The position numbers and the translations under genes were made by a program. From Paramoeba atlantica (Eukaryota; Protista; Discosea), in contig CDRNVI010000044.1 of the NCBI GenBank assembly GCA_977017575.1, positions 1 to 64,000 on the forward strand: a DNA stretch of 64,000 bases. Reading direction: 5' to 3'. Below the pieces are notes generated by a model. The model was not told where the DNA came from. It saw only the letters and a list, made by a program, of their open reading frames with translations, and did not search any database. This document shows, piece after piece, positions 1 through 9,900 of this stretch. Numbering within the stretch: position 1 is the stretch's first letter; each line of letters starts with the position of its first letter.

Positions 1-486
1 CCCAATCGCAAATGCGCCTGTTAATTGATTTGCGACTTCACGTGCGGCAGTTAATAAATCTGGAGTAATCGTTAATTGTTGTTGTAGTAAATGCACTACG
101 ATCTCTGTATCAGTGTCTGATTCAAATGTAAAACCAGCCTGTATCAGCTGTGTACGTAGTCTATTGTGATTTTCAATGATCCCATTGTGGACAACTGCAA
201 GTTCTGCCTTTTCTGACATGATCGGGTGAGCATTGCGCTCTGCGGGAATGCCGTGGGTTGCCCAACGCGTATGCGCGATCCCAGTGTGGCCGCTGATCAC
301 ACTTTTTTCTAAAAAGGTGGCTAATTCGCTGACTTTACCTTGTTTGCGGATCCGTTGTAGAAACGGTTTACCGTTAATAATGGCAATTCCAGCGGAATCA
401 TAGCCACGGTATTCTAAGCGTTGTAAGCCGGATAACAACATTGGCCATACATCACGTTCGGCAATCGCACCAACGATCCCACACAT
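1..486 (-). CDS. glmS: Glutamine-fructose-6-phosphate aminotransferase, N-terminal part (runs off the window edge); bacterial
   Basis: Manual translation from the ATG at 486 gives MCGIVGAIAERDVWPMLLSGLQRLEYRGYDSAG, the canonical GlmS N-terminus. An AGGAG Shine-Dalgarno lies just upstream. Confidence 0.97.
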   Translation of the reverse strand, partial: MCGIVGAIAERDVWPMLLSGLQRLEYRGYDSAGIAIINGKPFLQRIRKQGKVSELATFLEKSVISGHTGIAHTRWATHGIPAERNAHPIMSEKAELAVVHNGIIENHNRLRTQLIQAGFTFESDTDTEIVVHLLQQQLTITPDLLTAAREVANQLTGAFAIG

Positions 487-652
487 AACTGATCTCCTGA
501 TTTGGTTAGCGTAATTAAATGATCACGACCTAGGGTTACGTGTCTAGAAACATAGGCTACCTAGGCCAAAAGCGACCCCGTATCTTGGCGCTACTATACG
601 TGTTTTGGGCTGAAAATGTCACGTTTTTGAGCAAAAAAAGCACTTGTTTCGG

Positions 653-1594
653 CTAAAAAATACTCGGCATCCTAATGCGCTGCTTCCCAATGTCTGCGAT
701 ACCGATGTCTACTTCTAGAGGGACATCTAAGGCAAATGCAGCACACATGTGACTAGGTAGGGCTGCTACCACGGTATCGACATCGCGAGTATTGACTTCA
801 AATACCAATTCATCGTGCACTTGCATGATCATCTTACAATCTAGGTGACTGGCAAGCAGCCAAGCATCGATATTGATCATGGCTTGTTTGATGATGTCGG
901 CAGCCGTGCCTTGTAGCGGTGCATTAATAGCAGTACGTTCTGCTGCTTTTTGTTGCATTTTGTTGCGAGCATTGATCTCGGGTAAATATAATCGTCTGCC
1001 AAATAACGTTTCAACAAAACCATTTTTACGCGCTTGTTCACGCGTAGTATCCATGTAACGTTTTACTCCAGGATAACGTGCGAAATATAAATCAATGTAA
1101 GCTTGTGCTTGTGATTTATCGATTGATAATTGACGTGCCAATCCAAAGGCAGACATCCCATAAATTAATCCAAAGTTAATCGCTTTAGCACTGCGACGTT
1201 GTTCGCTAGTGACCTCATCTGGGTGACAGTGAAACACTTCTGCAGCAGTGATCCGATGTATATCAGCATTGTTTGCAAAGGCTTCTAATAGCGTTTTATC
1301 TTGGGATAAATGTGCCATGATGCGTAATTCAATTTGTGAATAATCCGCAGCAACAAGTTGGTATCCATTTGGAGCAATGAATGCATGGCGAATACGTCGG
1401 CCTTCTTCAGTACGTGCTGGGATATTCTGCAAATTAGGATCAGAGGATGACAAACGACCAGTTGCAGTCACCGCTTGGTGATAGGACGTGTGCACCCGTT
1501 TGGTTTTTTGGTTAATTTGTTCTGGCAATTTATCAATATACGCCGAGAGTAATTTGGTTAAATGGCGGTGTTCTAAGATACTTCCTTCCCACAT
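653..1594 (-). CDS. polA: DNA polymerase I, C-terminal polymerase domain only (5'-truncated at ~1580; apparent 1-nt deletion near the C-terminus); bacterial
   Basis: Family A polymerase motifs [42 protein letters not shown] and QVHDEL are present. Adding one A near 691 restores the usual ending DNWEAAH* with its stop at 672-674. Confidence 0.96.
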   Translation of the reverse strand: MWEGSILEHRHLTKLLSAYIDKLPEQINQKTKRVHTSYHQAVTATGRLSSSDPNLQNIPARTEEGRRIRHAFIAPNGYQLVAADYSQIELRIMAHLSQDKTLLEAFANNADIHRITAAEVFHCHPDEVTSEQRRSAKAINFGLIYGMSAFGLARQLSIDKSQAQAYIDLYFARYPGVKRYMDTTREQARKNGFVETLFGRRLYLPEINARNKMQQKAAERTAINAPLQGTAADIIKQAMINIDAWLLASHLDCKMIMQVHDELVFEVNTRDVDTVVAALPSHMCAAFALDVPLEVDIGIADIGKQRIRMPSIF

Positions 1595-1735
1595 TGTACT
1601 TCAACCATTCCCAGCCCCATTTTCCCAATAAACCCAGAACTCACCGATGCATCAGAATAAATATGTAAAGCACCTTCGTCGATTATAAATGGCGTGGTGC
1701 CTTCCTCCGCATACTGAAGATCCGATAAATTGGTA

Positions 1736-1760
1736 TCCAACCAACCAACCAACCAACCAA
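1736..1760. repeat. (AACC)n microsatellite
   Basis: tccaaccaaccaaccaaccaaccaacac read directly from the sequence. Confidence 0.9.
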
Positions 1761-2081
1761 CACTGGGAGAATTTGCCCAGTTAAAGGATTTACAATTTTC
1801 TCCTGAACATTTAACCTTTCAATCCAACCGCGCGGAACTAACTTGCAGAAAATTTTTCGAAAACAAACAAACTTTTTATTTTATGTATCCTAATCATTCG
1901 ATCCCTATGACACTTCAGTACTTAGCCTTCGTCTGCTGTATAAGTCACTTGCCGATGTGAGCACGACAGCAAACGGTTCAATCCACTTTTTCTGAAACTT
2001 GCAACGATACAAAGAAAAATATTGGAACTAAATGCACCTCCTATGTGAAATTCATTTTTGCATAAGCATTAGTATGAAAGG

Positions 2082-2910
2082 TCACTTTTCATGCTCTGTC
2101 ACGTTTACTTTCTTATTGCCCGTAGTTGATCGCGAACTTGACAATGTCTTCGTTGTCTTATTGATTTCCGTAGTCTTCTGTCGACTTTCGTTGTGTTTTT
2201 CGCCTTTTGTCACTTGGGTATCTTCCTCTCCTGTATCTTTTAATCGCTTCTTTTGCGAATGATTCGAACGCGCTTTTTCTAATATAATTGTATTTGGGCT
2301 GACTGTCCGTGAAGGCTCGGGGATAGAATCTTTATTTTTATGCTTTTTTGTGTTTAATACAGTTGAAGTCATGTTGCGCGGTGAATTCCTAGATCTTTTG
2401 ACTGTATTTTGATCACTAGTTTCCTGATTATCGTTTTCATTGGACTTGCTACGGTTTCCGCGTATTTTAGATTTTGTAGCTGGGGGTTTTACGGTCGTTG
2501 TTTCCATTGTTTGAGATTGTTCTATTTTGAAACCTTGTCGCCTACATTGCGTCTTAGTTAAGCGGGGTCCCTGATTCAGACCTGTCTTTCTTTTACTTTC
2601 CAGCATCAGTACTTCCCCGAAATACTTAACTGAGACTTCACGTTTTGCTAGTTCACATGCCTCTTTCGCCATGGAGTCGGCTGTGTCGTTGTATGGGTTT
2701 TCGTTATGGGATTTTACTTTTACGCAATAGAAATTTCTGTTCGTCTTAATATCAAAATAAGCGTCTCTCAGCAATTCCATGGTTTTACGGTTTTCGAAAG
2801 ATTGATACCCAATGAGCCTATATTTATGAACTATTTCGTGAAAGAATTCCCATAGGTACTCCGAATCTGTGTGTAAGATAACATCTCCCTCATACGCCTT
2901 TACCTCTTCT
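2082..2910 (-). pseudogene. Fragment of a retroelement ORF: C-terminal half of an RNase H domain plus a low-complexity tail
   Basis: Contains HTDSEY and VKVKSHNENPYNDTADSMAK, the RNase HI C-terminal motifs. The first ~28 codons of the tracked ORF (2911-2996) actually belong to the family A 3'UTR, so the ORF is a junction fusion. Confidence 0.75.
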
Positions 2911-3067
2911 AATTTTTCTCTCTCTTTCTCCTCTTTCTCACCTCTTGACATACTTTTCCCACCTTTCTCCCTACTTTCCTGCTTTCCCCTACCCAACTTT
3001 TCAACTTTTCAGGGGGGGTAAGGTCTCCCTCAGCTTCGCCTCACCCGGCCTGCAGGCGGCTCCTCAA

Positions 3068-3300
3068 CCATTCGCGCGTTCCGGACCGGGTCTTTCGACC
3101 TCTCCACGGCCTGACTTGTGAACCCTTCCCTTGTTATATGGGAGGGCGCAGGCGCGGGCCTGTGTCGACAGCGACACGGTCACGAAACAGGATGCTGGCC
3201 GACGGGGAGGAGATTCACTGCCCGTGTACTACCTCACTTGGGGTACCTAGCCCTCGCGGGCTAGGCGTGAGTATAGACTCTGTCGACCCGACCAGCATCC
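3068..3300 (-). ncRNA. Family A shared structured 3'UTR core (candidate cis-acting RNA), copy in A5
   Basis: Near-identical ~230-nt block downstream of the stop codon in every family A element, with several hairpins. Confidence 0.7.
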
Positions 3301-3374
3301 GGGCTCACATTAGAGAACCTCACTCATGAGAGAAAGGCTTGAGAATAGGTGGGTAAGACACAGTGGGTAGGGGC

Positions 3375-5426
3375 TTATGCCCCTACCAAAGACCCCGCTG
3401 GATCCGCCACGGGGATGCGTGACACCATCATCCGGGCCTGCGAACGCATGAGCGTAACATTCAGCTCCGTCAAGAGTTCATTTCGCGCTTGGCTCCGTGA
3501 CAGAAACCCCTTGGACGCATTCGCCCGTTGCGTTCCGATATCCCGGAGTAACGCTAGGGCACTTTCACTCCAGGACCCAAAGGACTCTACAACCATTGCT
3601 GTGAAGAGATGCCCGGCTTCGTCTGCTTCTTGTCGCTGTCGCGCCTTGGTCTCGGCATAGTGCGCGGCAAAAGACCCTGGGGTCACCCAGCTAGCATTAC
3701 GGACTGAGTCCAAATACTTTAATTGCTGGGCGTGGGTGACCGCAAAGTCCAATACCATGCCTTGCGCCAGAGTCCCTTTTGCCAAGGATGCAGTGGGCAG
3801 GAAGACATCCGCAGGCCTCGTGAGAGCTCCTCCGGGGCCTCGGTTTCCGAGACTCATCTCGCGCCGTGGTCCCAATTGGGCCTTGGAACAGAAAGATGTG
3901 AATTGTTGTGCCAGGGAGTTGTGGCGGGCGATGATGCCATGCCCATTTTTACAGAGCAAGGCGTGTTCACCGTTCTTGAGGAGAGGGAGGGCACAGCCTT
4001 CGGCGGGACAAGGCCTATCCTCTGGGAAAACATCCACCCCCAACCACCAACGTGATAGCGTCCGGAACTCCGTGGGGGTGAAAGCCAACCCTCTTTGCTT
4101 TGAGGGTGTCACAAAAACCCAGTTTCCGGCCCCTTTACCTGACTGAGAAACCCAGCGTGCCCTTGTTCGGGCGTCTGCCCTTGCGTAAGCAGCATAGAAC
4201 TCCTGTTCAGCGATTGCGTGGCTCAGGTGTTTTTGTCGTGGTACGATGGTTTCTGGTTCTGTGGTGTCGGGTAAAAGGGGGTGGCGGAGGGAATGGGAAA
4301 GTTTTCTTTTCGCCGGGCGTGACTGGGCGTCCCGTGCCTCGTTGTGGTAGTCTGGTGAGCTTGGCTTGAGGATACGTCCAGTATACAGATCGACCAGGAC
4401 AGTCCCAACTTTTTGATTTATTTCGCGTGCCGAATCAAGAAACCCTTCAGCTTCGGCTGCATCCCACTTATCCTTGTCGGAGGCAAAAGCCACAGAAGAA
4501 ACGTATGCGGCCGAGTGGTGAAGCAACGATGAGCGAAGGCCGAATCCCCCGTAACGTTTGGGCCGTTGTAGTTGGTCAAGGGCGGGAAGATCAAGAGGAA
4601 AAAGTGCGTGTTCCACAGCGCGCATGAGGTGAAAATCCAGCTGACGACAGAGTTCTCCGAGGCCTTGGGGAGGGGTGGTACGCAGTGCGTATACCATTTG
4701 GCAGAATCCGGCGCACTGCCTTATAAGGTCGAGGGCCACTTGCGGGTCTTCTATCAGGGAAATGGCTTCCAACGTATCGCGGGCTGGCTCGATCGCGTGT
4801 GTCCTTAGGAAATTCGCACAGTGTTCTGGAGAGCCCACCGGACTCCCAAGGATATCAAAGTTTCCGTCATACCTTATTTTGTCGCTAGGAATGTCGGGGA
4901 AAAAAGCAGAGGTGTGGGCAGACGCAGGGGGGGTGATGATTTCACATTTTGAGAGGTTCAGAAAGAGTCCCCACTGAGTTCCCACTTCCGCGAGAACGTC
5001 TAGTGCCTTCCGGACTTCCTGTGGTTCGCCAATGATCACACCGTCATCGAGATACCATAACTGTGTTTGGAGCTTTGTACGCGATGCGATTTCCTCCGTT
5101 GCACCCGACAAAACCAAAGAGAACAGGAGGGGACCTAGGGGATCACCTTGCTGCACGCCCTCGGCCGAAGGAATTAAATTGTCACCAAATGTTAGACAGC
5201 TGTGGTTGGCGTAACACCACTCAACCCATGGGGACAACTCGGGGAAATGCTTTCGCGTGAGGAAGATAAACACCGGCCTACTGACATTGTTAAAGGCGTT
5301 GCGGAGATCCACTTTACAGAAGGTTATATTTTCGTTTTCCATGTTGTTGAGCATCAACCTACGACAATTGTGAATGACTCGCTCTGCTCCGGCGGGCGCC
5401 GCAACGCCGTACTGTTTGCGGCCTTG
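3375..5426 (-). CDS. 5'-truncated RT/RLE polyprotein (family A5)
   Basis: Motifs KVDLRNAFN, GVQQGDPLGPLLF, WYLDDG, CCHC (CPAEGC..H..LC), RHN, RPAD..VLDF. The tracked ORF start at 5483 comes from an upstream 3'UTR fragment plus poly(A). Confidence 0.9.
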   Translation of the reverse strand, partial: QGRKQYGVAAPAGAERVIHNCRRLMLNNMENENITFCKVDLRNAFNNVSRPVFIFLTRKHFPELSPWVEWCYANHSCLTFGDNLIPSAEGVQQGDPLGPLLFSLVLSGATEEIASRTKLQTQLWYLDDGVIIGEPQEVRKALDVLAEVGTQWGLFLNLSKCEIITPPASAHTSAFFPDIPSDKIRYDGNFDILGSPVGSPEHCANFLRTHAIEPARDTLEAISLIEDPQVALDLIRQCAGFCQMVYALRTTPPQGLGELCRQLDFHLMRAVEHALFPLDLPALDQLQRPKRYGGFGLRSSLLHHSAAYVSSVAFASDKDKWDAAEAEGFLDSAREINQKVGTVLVDLYTGRILKPSSPDYHNEARDAQSRPAKRKLSHSLRHPLLPDTTEPETIVPRQKHLSHAIAEQEFYAAYARADARTRARWVSQSGKGAGNWVFVTPSKQRGLAFTPTEFRTLSRWWLGVDVFPEDRPCPAEGCALPLLKNGEHALLCKNGHGIIARHNSLAQQFTSFCSKAQLGPRREMSLGNRGPGGALTRPADVFLPTASLAKGTLAQGMVLDFAVTHAQQLKYLDSVRNASWVTPGSFAAHYAETKARQRQEADEAGHLFTAMVVESFGSWSESALALLRDIGTQRANASKGFLSRSQARNELLTELNVTLMRSQARMMVSRIPVADPAGSLVGA

Positions 5427-6500
5427 TTTTTTTTTTTTGATAACAATAATAATAAAAAAGGAAGCAATCCACGCCCAATCCATCCGCGCGTTCCAACGTT
5501 TTTAACAAAACGCCTTTTTTTTTTTTTTTTTTGAAACTATCCGTAGAAACCAATTTGAACTTTTTTTTTTTTTTTTTTTTTTTACTTTCTTACTTACTTT
5601 CCTACTTACTTTACTTCGCCCTTATCAACTTCGCCCGCTTCTCTCCCTTATCTCCACCCCCCCAAAGAAACCATCCGTGACTTCCCGACTTCACCCGCTT
5701 CTTTTCCTCACTTCCCCCCCCCGATCATCCATCCGCGCCTTCCAAACTTTGCCCTCCTCTTTCCCTCACTTCCCCCCAGAAATCAATCCGCGCGTGCTCC
5801 ACCCCTTCTTCCAGCAGTGCGCGCTTCGGATCGGGTCTCTCGACCTCTCCACGGCCTGGCTTGGGAACCCTTCCCTTGTTATGCGGGAGGGCTCAGGCGC
5901 GGGCATGTGCCGACAGCGGCACTTTTTTTTTTTTTTTTTGCAATTAATAAGGGGGGAGAAGTATGAATCGCGGCATTGCCTCTATATTTTGACCCAGTAG
6001 ACGAACCAAGTAGGTCCATTGGGGGGGGGTATACGAGTTGAAAACAAACAATCAAATTAGCAATTCTTTTTCTGTCCACAGATGTACCTTTTTTCTCAGC
6101 CCAAAACTAGCAATTTAGTCTCCCCTAAGTATATACTACAAACAAGAAAAACAGTAAAAATTAAAACAAGCAATCCATGCCCAATCCATTCGCGCGTTCC
6201 GGACCGGGTCTTTCGACCTCTCCACGGCCTGACTTGTGAACCCTTCCCTTGTTATATGGGAGGGCGCAGGCGCGGGCCTGTGTCGACAGCGACACGGTCA
6301 CGAAACAGGATGCTGGCCGACGGGTTTTTTTTTTTTTTTTTTTTTTTTTGCAGTTAATAAGGGGGGAGAAGTATGAATCGCGGCATTGCCTCTATATTTT
6401 GACCCAGTAGACGAACCAAGTAGGTCCATTGGGGGGGGGGGTATACGAGTTGAAAACAAGCAATCAAATTAGCAATTCTTTTTGTTTCCACAGATGTACC
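5427..6500 (-). repeat. Stack of short poly(A)-terminated family A 3'UTR fragments, including a diverged core variant at ~5830-5922
   Basis: T-tracts at ~5427, 5516, 5560, 5923 and 6325, each adjoining recognisable 3'UTR pieces. Confidence 0.8.
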
Positions 6501-6690
6501 TTTTTTTTTTTTTGTTTTTATGCAAATAAAGAAAATTTTTCTCTCTCTTTCTCCTCTTTCTCACCTCTTGACATACTTTTCCCACCTTTCTCCCTACTTT
6601 CCTGCTTTCCCCTACCCAACTTTTCAACTTTTCAGGGGGGGTAAGGTCTCCCTCAGCTTCGCCTCACCCGGCCTGCAGGCGGCTCCTCAA

Positions 6691-6923
6691 CCATTCGCGC
6701 GTTCCGGACCGGGTCTTTCGACCTCTCCACGGCCTGACTTGTGGACCTTTCCCTTGTTATACGGGAGGGCGCAGGCGCGGGCCTGTGTCGACAGCGACAC
6801 GGTCGCGAAACAGGATGCTGGCCGACGGGGAGGAGATTCACTACCCGTGTACTACCTCACTTGGGGTACCTAGCCCTGACGGACTAGGCGTGAGTATAGA
6901 CTCTGTCGACGAGACCAGCACCC
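6691..6923 (-). ncRNA. Family A structured 3'UTR core, copy in A1
   Basis: Same conserved block; hairpin variant CUAGUCC-GUCA-GGGCUAG keeps pairing through a U.G wobble. Confidence 0.7.
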
Positions 6924-6965
6924 TCAGCCTTCGAACATGCCGGGATCCGCGAGCCTTGGTTTAGG

Positions 6966-9900
6966 CTACTGCAAAATAAGTGCCGGTTGTGGATCTTCAG
7001 CCGGCATGCGTGAGACAAGCATTCTCGATTGAGAACGCATCAGGGTGAGGTTAAGCTCTTGAAGCAGCTGACGGGTAGCTGCTTCTTGAGATAGAGTCCC
7101 CTGGGAACATGAGGCGCGATGCTTCCCAACCCATCTAAGGATTGATAGGGCACTTGCACTCCAAGCACCATATGATTCTACCACCATGGCAACAAACACA
7201 TGTTTTGCTTGTTCCGCCTCCTCTCTCTCTTTCACCTTGTGAGAAGCGGCGTAGTGCTCCGCAAATGATCCTGCCGCCACCCCGTTAGCGTTGCGGACTA
7301 AGTCCGTGTATTTAGGTTGCTGAACGTGGGTGACAGCAAAATCAAGCACCAGACCTTGAGCTTTCTCATAGCCCGGAATAAAGACATCGCCCGGCCTCGT
7401 GGGACAGCCGCCAGGCCCTAGGTTCCCCAGGCTTACCTCACGTGAAGGTGATAAATTCGCCTTGGAGCACGTGTCGGTGAATTGTGTAATGAGCGCATTG
7501 TGGCGGGAGATCAGTCCATTCCCACTTTTGCAAGACACTGCATGGTTTCCTTCGAGGTCGAGAGGTTGTTGGCATGTGTTAATTGGGCACGTGCTCAACT
7601 CGTTGTAGACCTTGGCACCTAACCACCACCTGGAGAGGGCGCGGAATTCTGTGGGTGTGTAAGCGTGGCCAAGCTCTGTTGATGGGATGCAAAATGCCCA
7701 GCTGCTGGCCCCATCTCCAGTCTGAGAGGTGTACCTCGCGCGAGTGCTACTGTCCGCCGCTGCGTACGCACATGAAAATTCGTGCGCCGAGATTGCGTCG
7801 CTCAAGGCACGTTGACGGGGGGTGCAAGAATTGTCCGTTTCTGTACTTTGACTAGATCCTGTCGGAAAAGGGGAGCTGATCTCCTCTAATGCTCTTCCCG
7901 TGTCCGGATCAACTACGGGGCCTCCGCTCCGGCGATTGATGTCCAGGACTGCGGAAGAGAATCCTTCTGCATCTGACGGTAGCCAACGATCCGTCTCTGC
8001 AGCAAAAGCAACTGAAGACACGTACGCCGCTGAGCGGTGCGCAGATGCAGATCGGAGACCAAAACCTCCATACCGTTTCGGGCGTTGAACTTGTGATCGA
8101 GCTGAGGAGCTAAGCGGGCATATATTCCATTCATACGCATGGAGGACTGCTTCATCAAGACGCTGACAGAGTGCAGAAAGCTCATGTGGTGGGGTAGTTC
8201 GAAGCGAATGGACCATTTGACAAAAACCCGCACACTGTCTGATCAATGACAAGGCAATTTGAGGATCTTCGAGCATTTCTATAGCTTCCAGGGTCTCTTC
8301 TGCCGGTTCCACGGCGTGTGTCGTAAGGAAATCTATGCAATGTTGAGCAGAGCCTATGGGGCTCCCAAGAATGTCAAAATTTCCTTCGCGGTTTATCTTG
8401 GGTTCCGGAATATCGGAAAAAAGAGCAGTTTGGTGTGCCGAGGCAGGGTTCGTTATTATTTCGCATTTAGAGGTATTGATGTGAAGACCCCACTTAGGAC
8501 CAACTCGAGAAAGAGTCTCTAAAGCGAAACTGACGTCTTCGGCCTTACCGGCTATTACCCCGTCGTCGAGGTACCAGAGGTGAAGCTGGAGACTGCCTGG
8601 GAGTGCTTCTTTGATCATTTTCGCGGCTTCGAGCATTACGAGGGAAAAAAGGAGAGGCCCTAGGGGGTCCCCTTGTTGAACCCCCTCGGATGATGGAAGA
8701 GTTCTGGAACCGTAAGTTAGGAGACTATCCGTGGAGTAGGTCCACTCCACCCATGCTGACAATTCTGGAAAATGTTTGCGAAGTAAGGCGATGAACGCAG
8801 ATCTGGATACTCTATTGAACGCGTTCGCTAGGTCCACCTTACATAGCACAAAGTTCGTGTCATCGGCATGGCGGGACATAGTCTGTCGGCAGAGGTGGAT
8901 CACCCTCTCCGATCCGGCTGGCGTGGCAACCCCATACTGTATTCCTTTAAACAAGCGACTAGCTTTTTTCTTGGCTGTTAGACATGCCACTTTACCAACC
9001 AAACGACGGATTGTCTCGCCTGCGGCTATAGGTCGGACGTCACATTCTCCTTTCTGAAGTGCACACAATCTGGCCCCAGCGAAACGTTCCTGAATCTCGA
9101 ATGGAGCTTTTCCAGAAAGAAGCACATTGACTACGTCTGTAAGAGCGGTGAGAGGGTGTACTTTCTCGTCCACGTGGGCACGTAGTGCTATCTGAAGGTG
9201 CTCAGCTCTCAGCGACATCGTTCCGCCAGATGATCCCTTGCGAAAGCTTCCCAAAGCGTGCTTAACTTCTTCTTCGTTTACTTTCAAGGGAGGTGCGTTA
9301 GGGTACGGGAGATCTTGAAGCATGCAGTCCTGCGCACGAGTGGGATGCTTTGCCATCAACTTGCAGTACGTTTCGTCGTTGTCAGGTGCAAAGGGTGCCG
9401 CCGTTAGTGCACTCATTCCACGAGAGACTTCACCCTGGCGTACAAGTTTTTCGCATCGTTCTTTTGCCCTTCTTACTTCTTGCGCAAGCTCCTGGTCTTG
9501 ATCTTGGTCTTTGGTTGATGGGTGCGACGACTTCGTGTTGTTTTTGGTCGCTTCAATCCACAGAGCGGTAAATTCCACTTTTCCCCACCTTTCTAGGCTT
9601 TTTGTCACATGTGAGGCATAAGAAAGACGACCTTTGCGCCCCCCGCGGTTCGGGGCCGGTAGAACGCATTTAGGCAGCATGCCGAGACGGGTCCATGCCG
9701 CTACGGAGTTCTCGCTGGCTACGGAGGATAATACATCGGTGAGCGTTTTCGCCCATTGGTAGCGGCATCGGAATGGAACATCCCTAGAAGTGTTGATAGG
9801 AGTCATGCAAATATCAGAAAGCGATGGTAAAGGAAGAGGTTGGACACTCTGTGAGACATCGGTGCTGCGCGAACCGTGGTCCAATGAACTCTGCGTCAAG

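Larger units (their letters stand above)
2911..5426 (-). mobile_element. Family A CRE-like non-LTR element A5, 5'-truncated (RT-CCHC-RLE plus 3'UTR with type-2 tail)
   Basis: The body starts right after a poly(A) tract (5427-5438 on minus). It has the shared 3'UTR core at 3068-3300 and is a close sister of the element at 51420-55220. Confidence 0.9.

Noticed and set aside
653-690. Novel C-terminal extension of PolA ([12 protein letters not shown])
   Set aside because: It is explained by a 1-nt deletion; the canonical end lies in the adjacent frame.
1736-1760. Telomeric repeat
   Set aside because: It is only ~6 internal copies of a tetramer, and there is no TTAGGG tract in the window.
6300-6350. 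Specific RNA cleavage site at CCCGUCGGCC (same truncation at 6325 and 11965)
   Set aside because: Both cases have nearly the same flanking composite, so they may be one event duplicated rather than independent evidence.
6520-6873. Recurrent small ORFs (MQIKKIF.., MNLLPVGQHP.., MGGRRRGPV.., MYLFSQPK..)
   Set aside because: They are by-products of the repeated 3'UTR, open on both strands, with variable starts and ends and no coding motifs.
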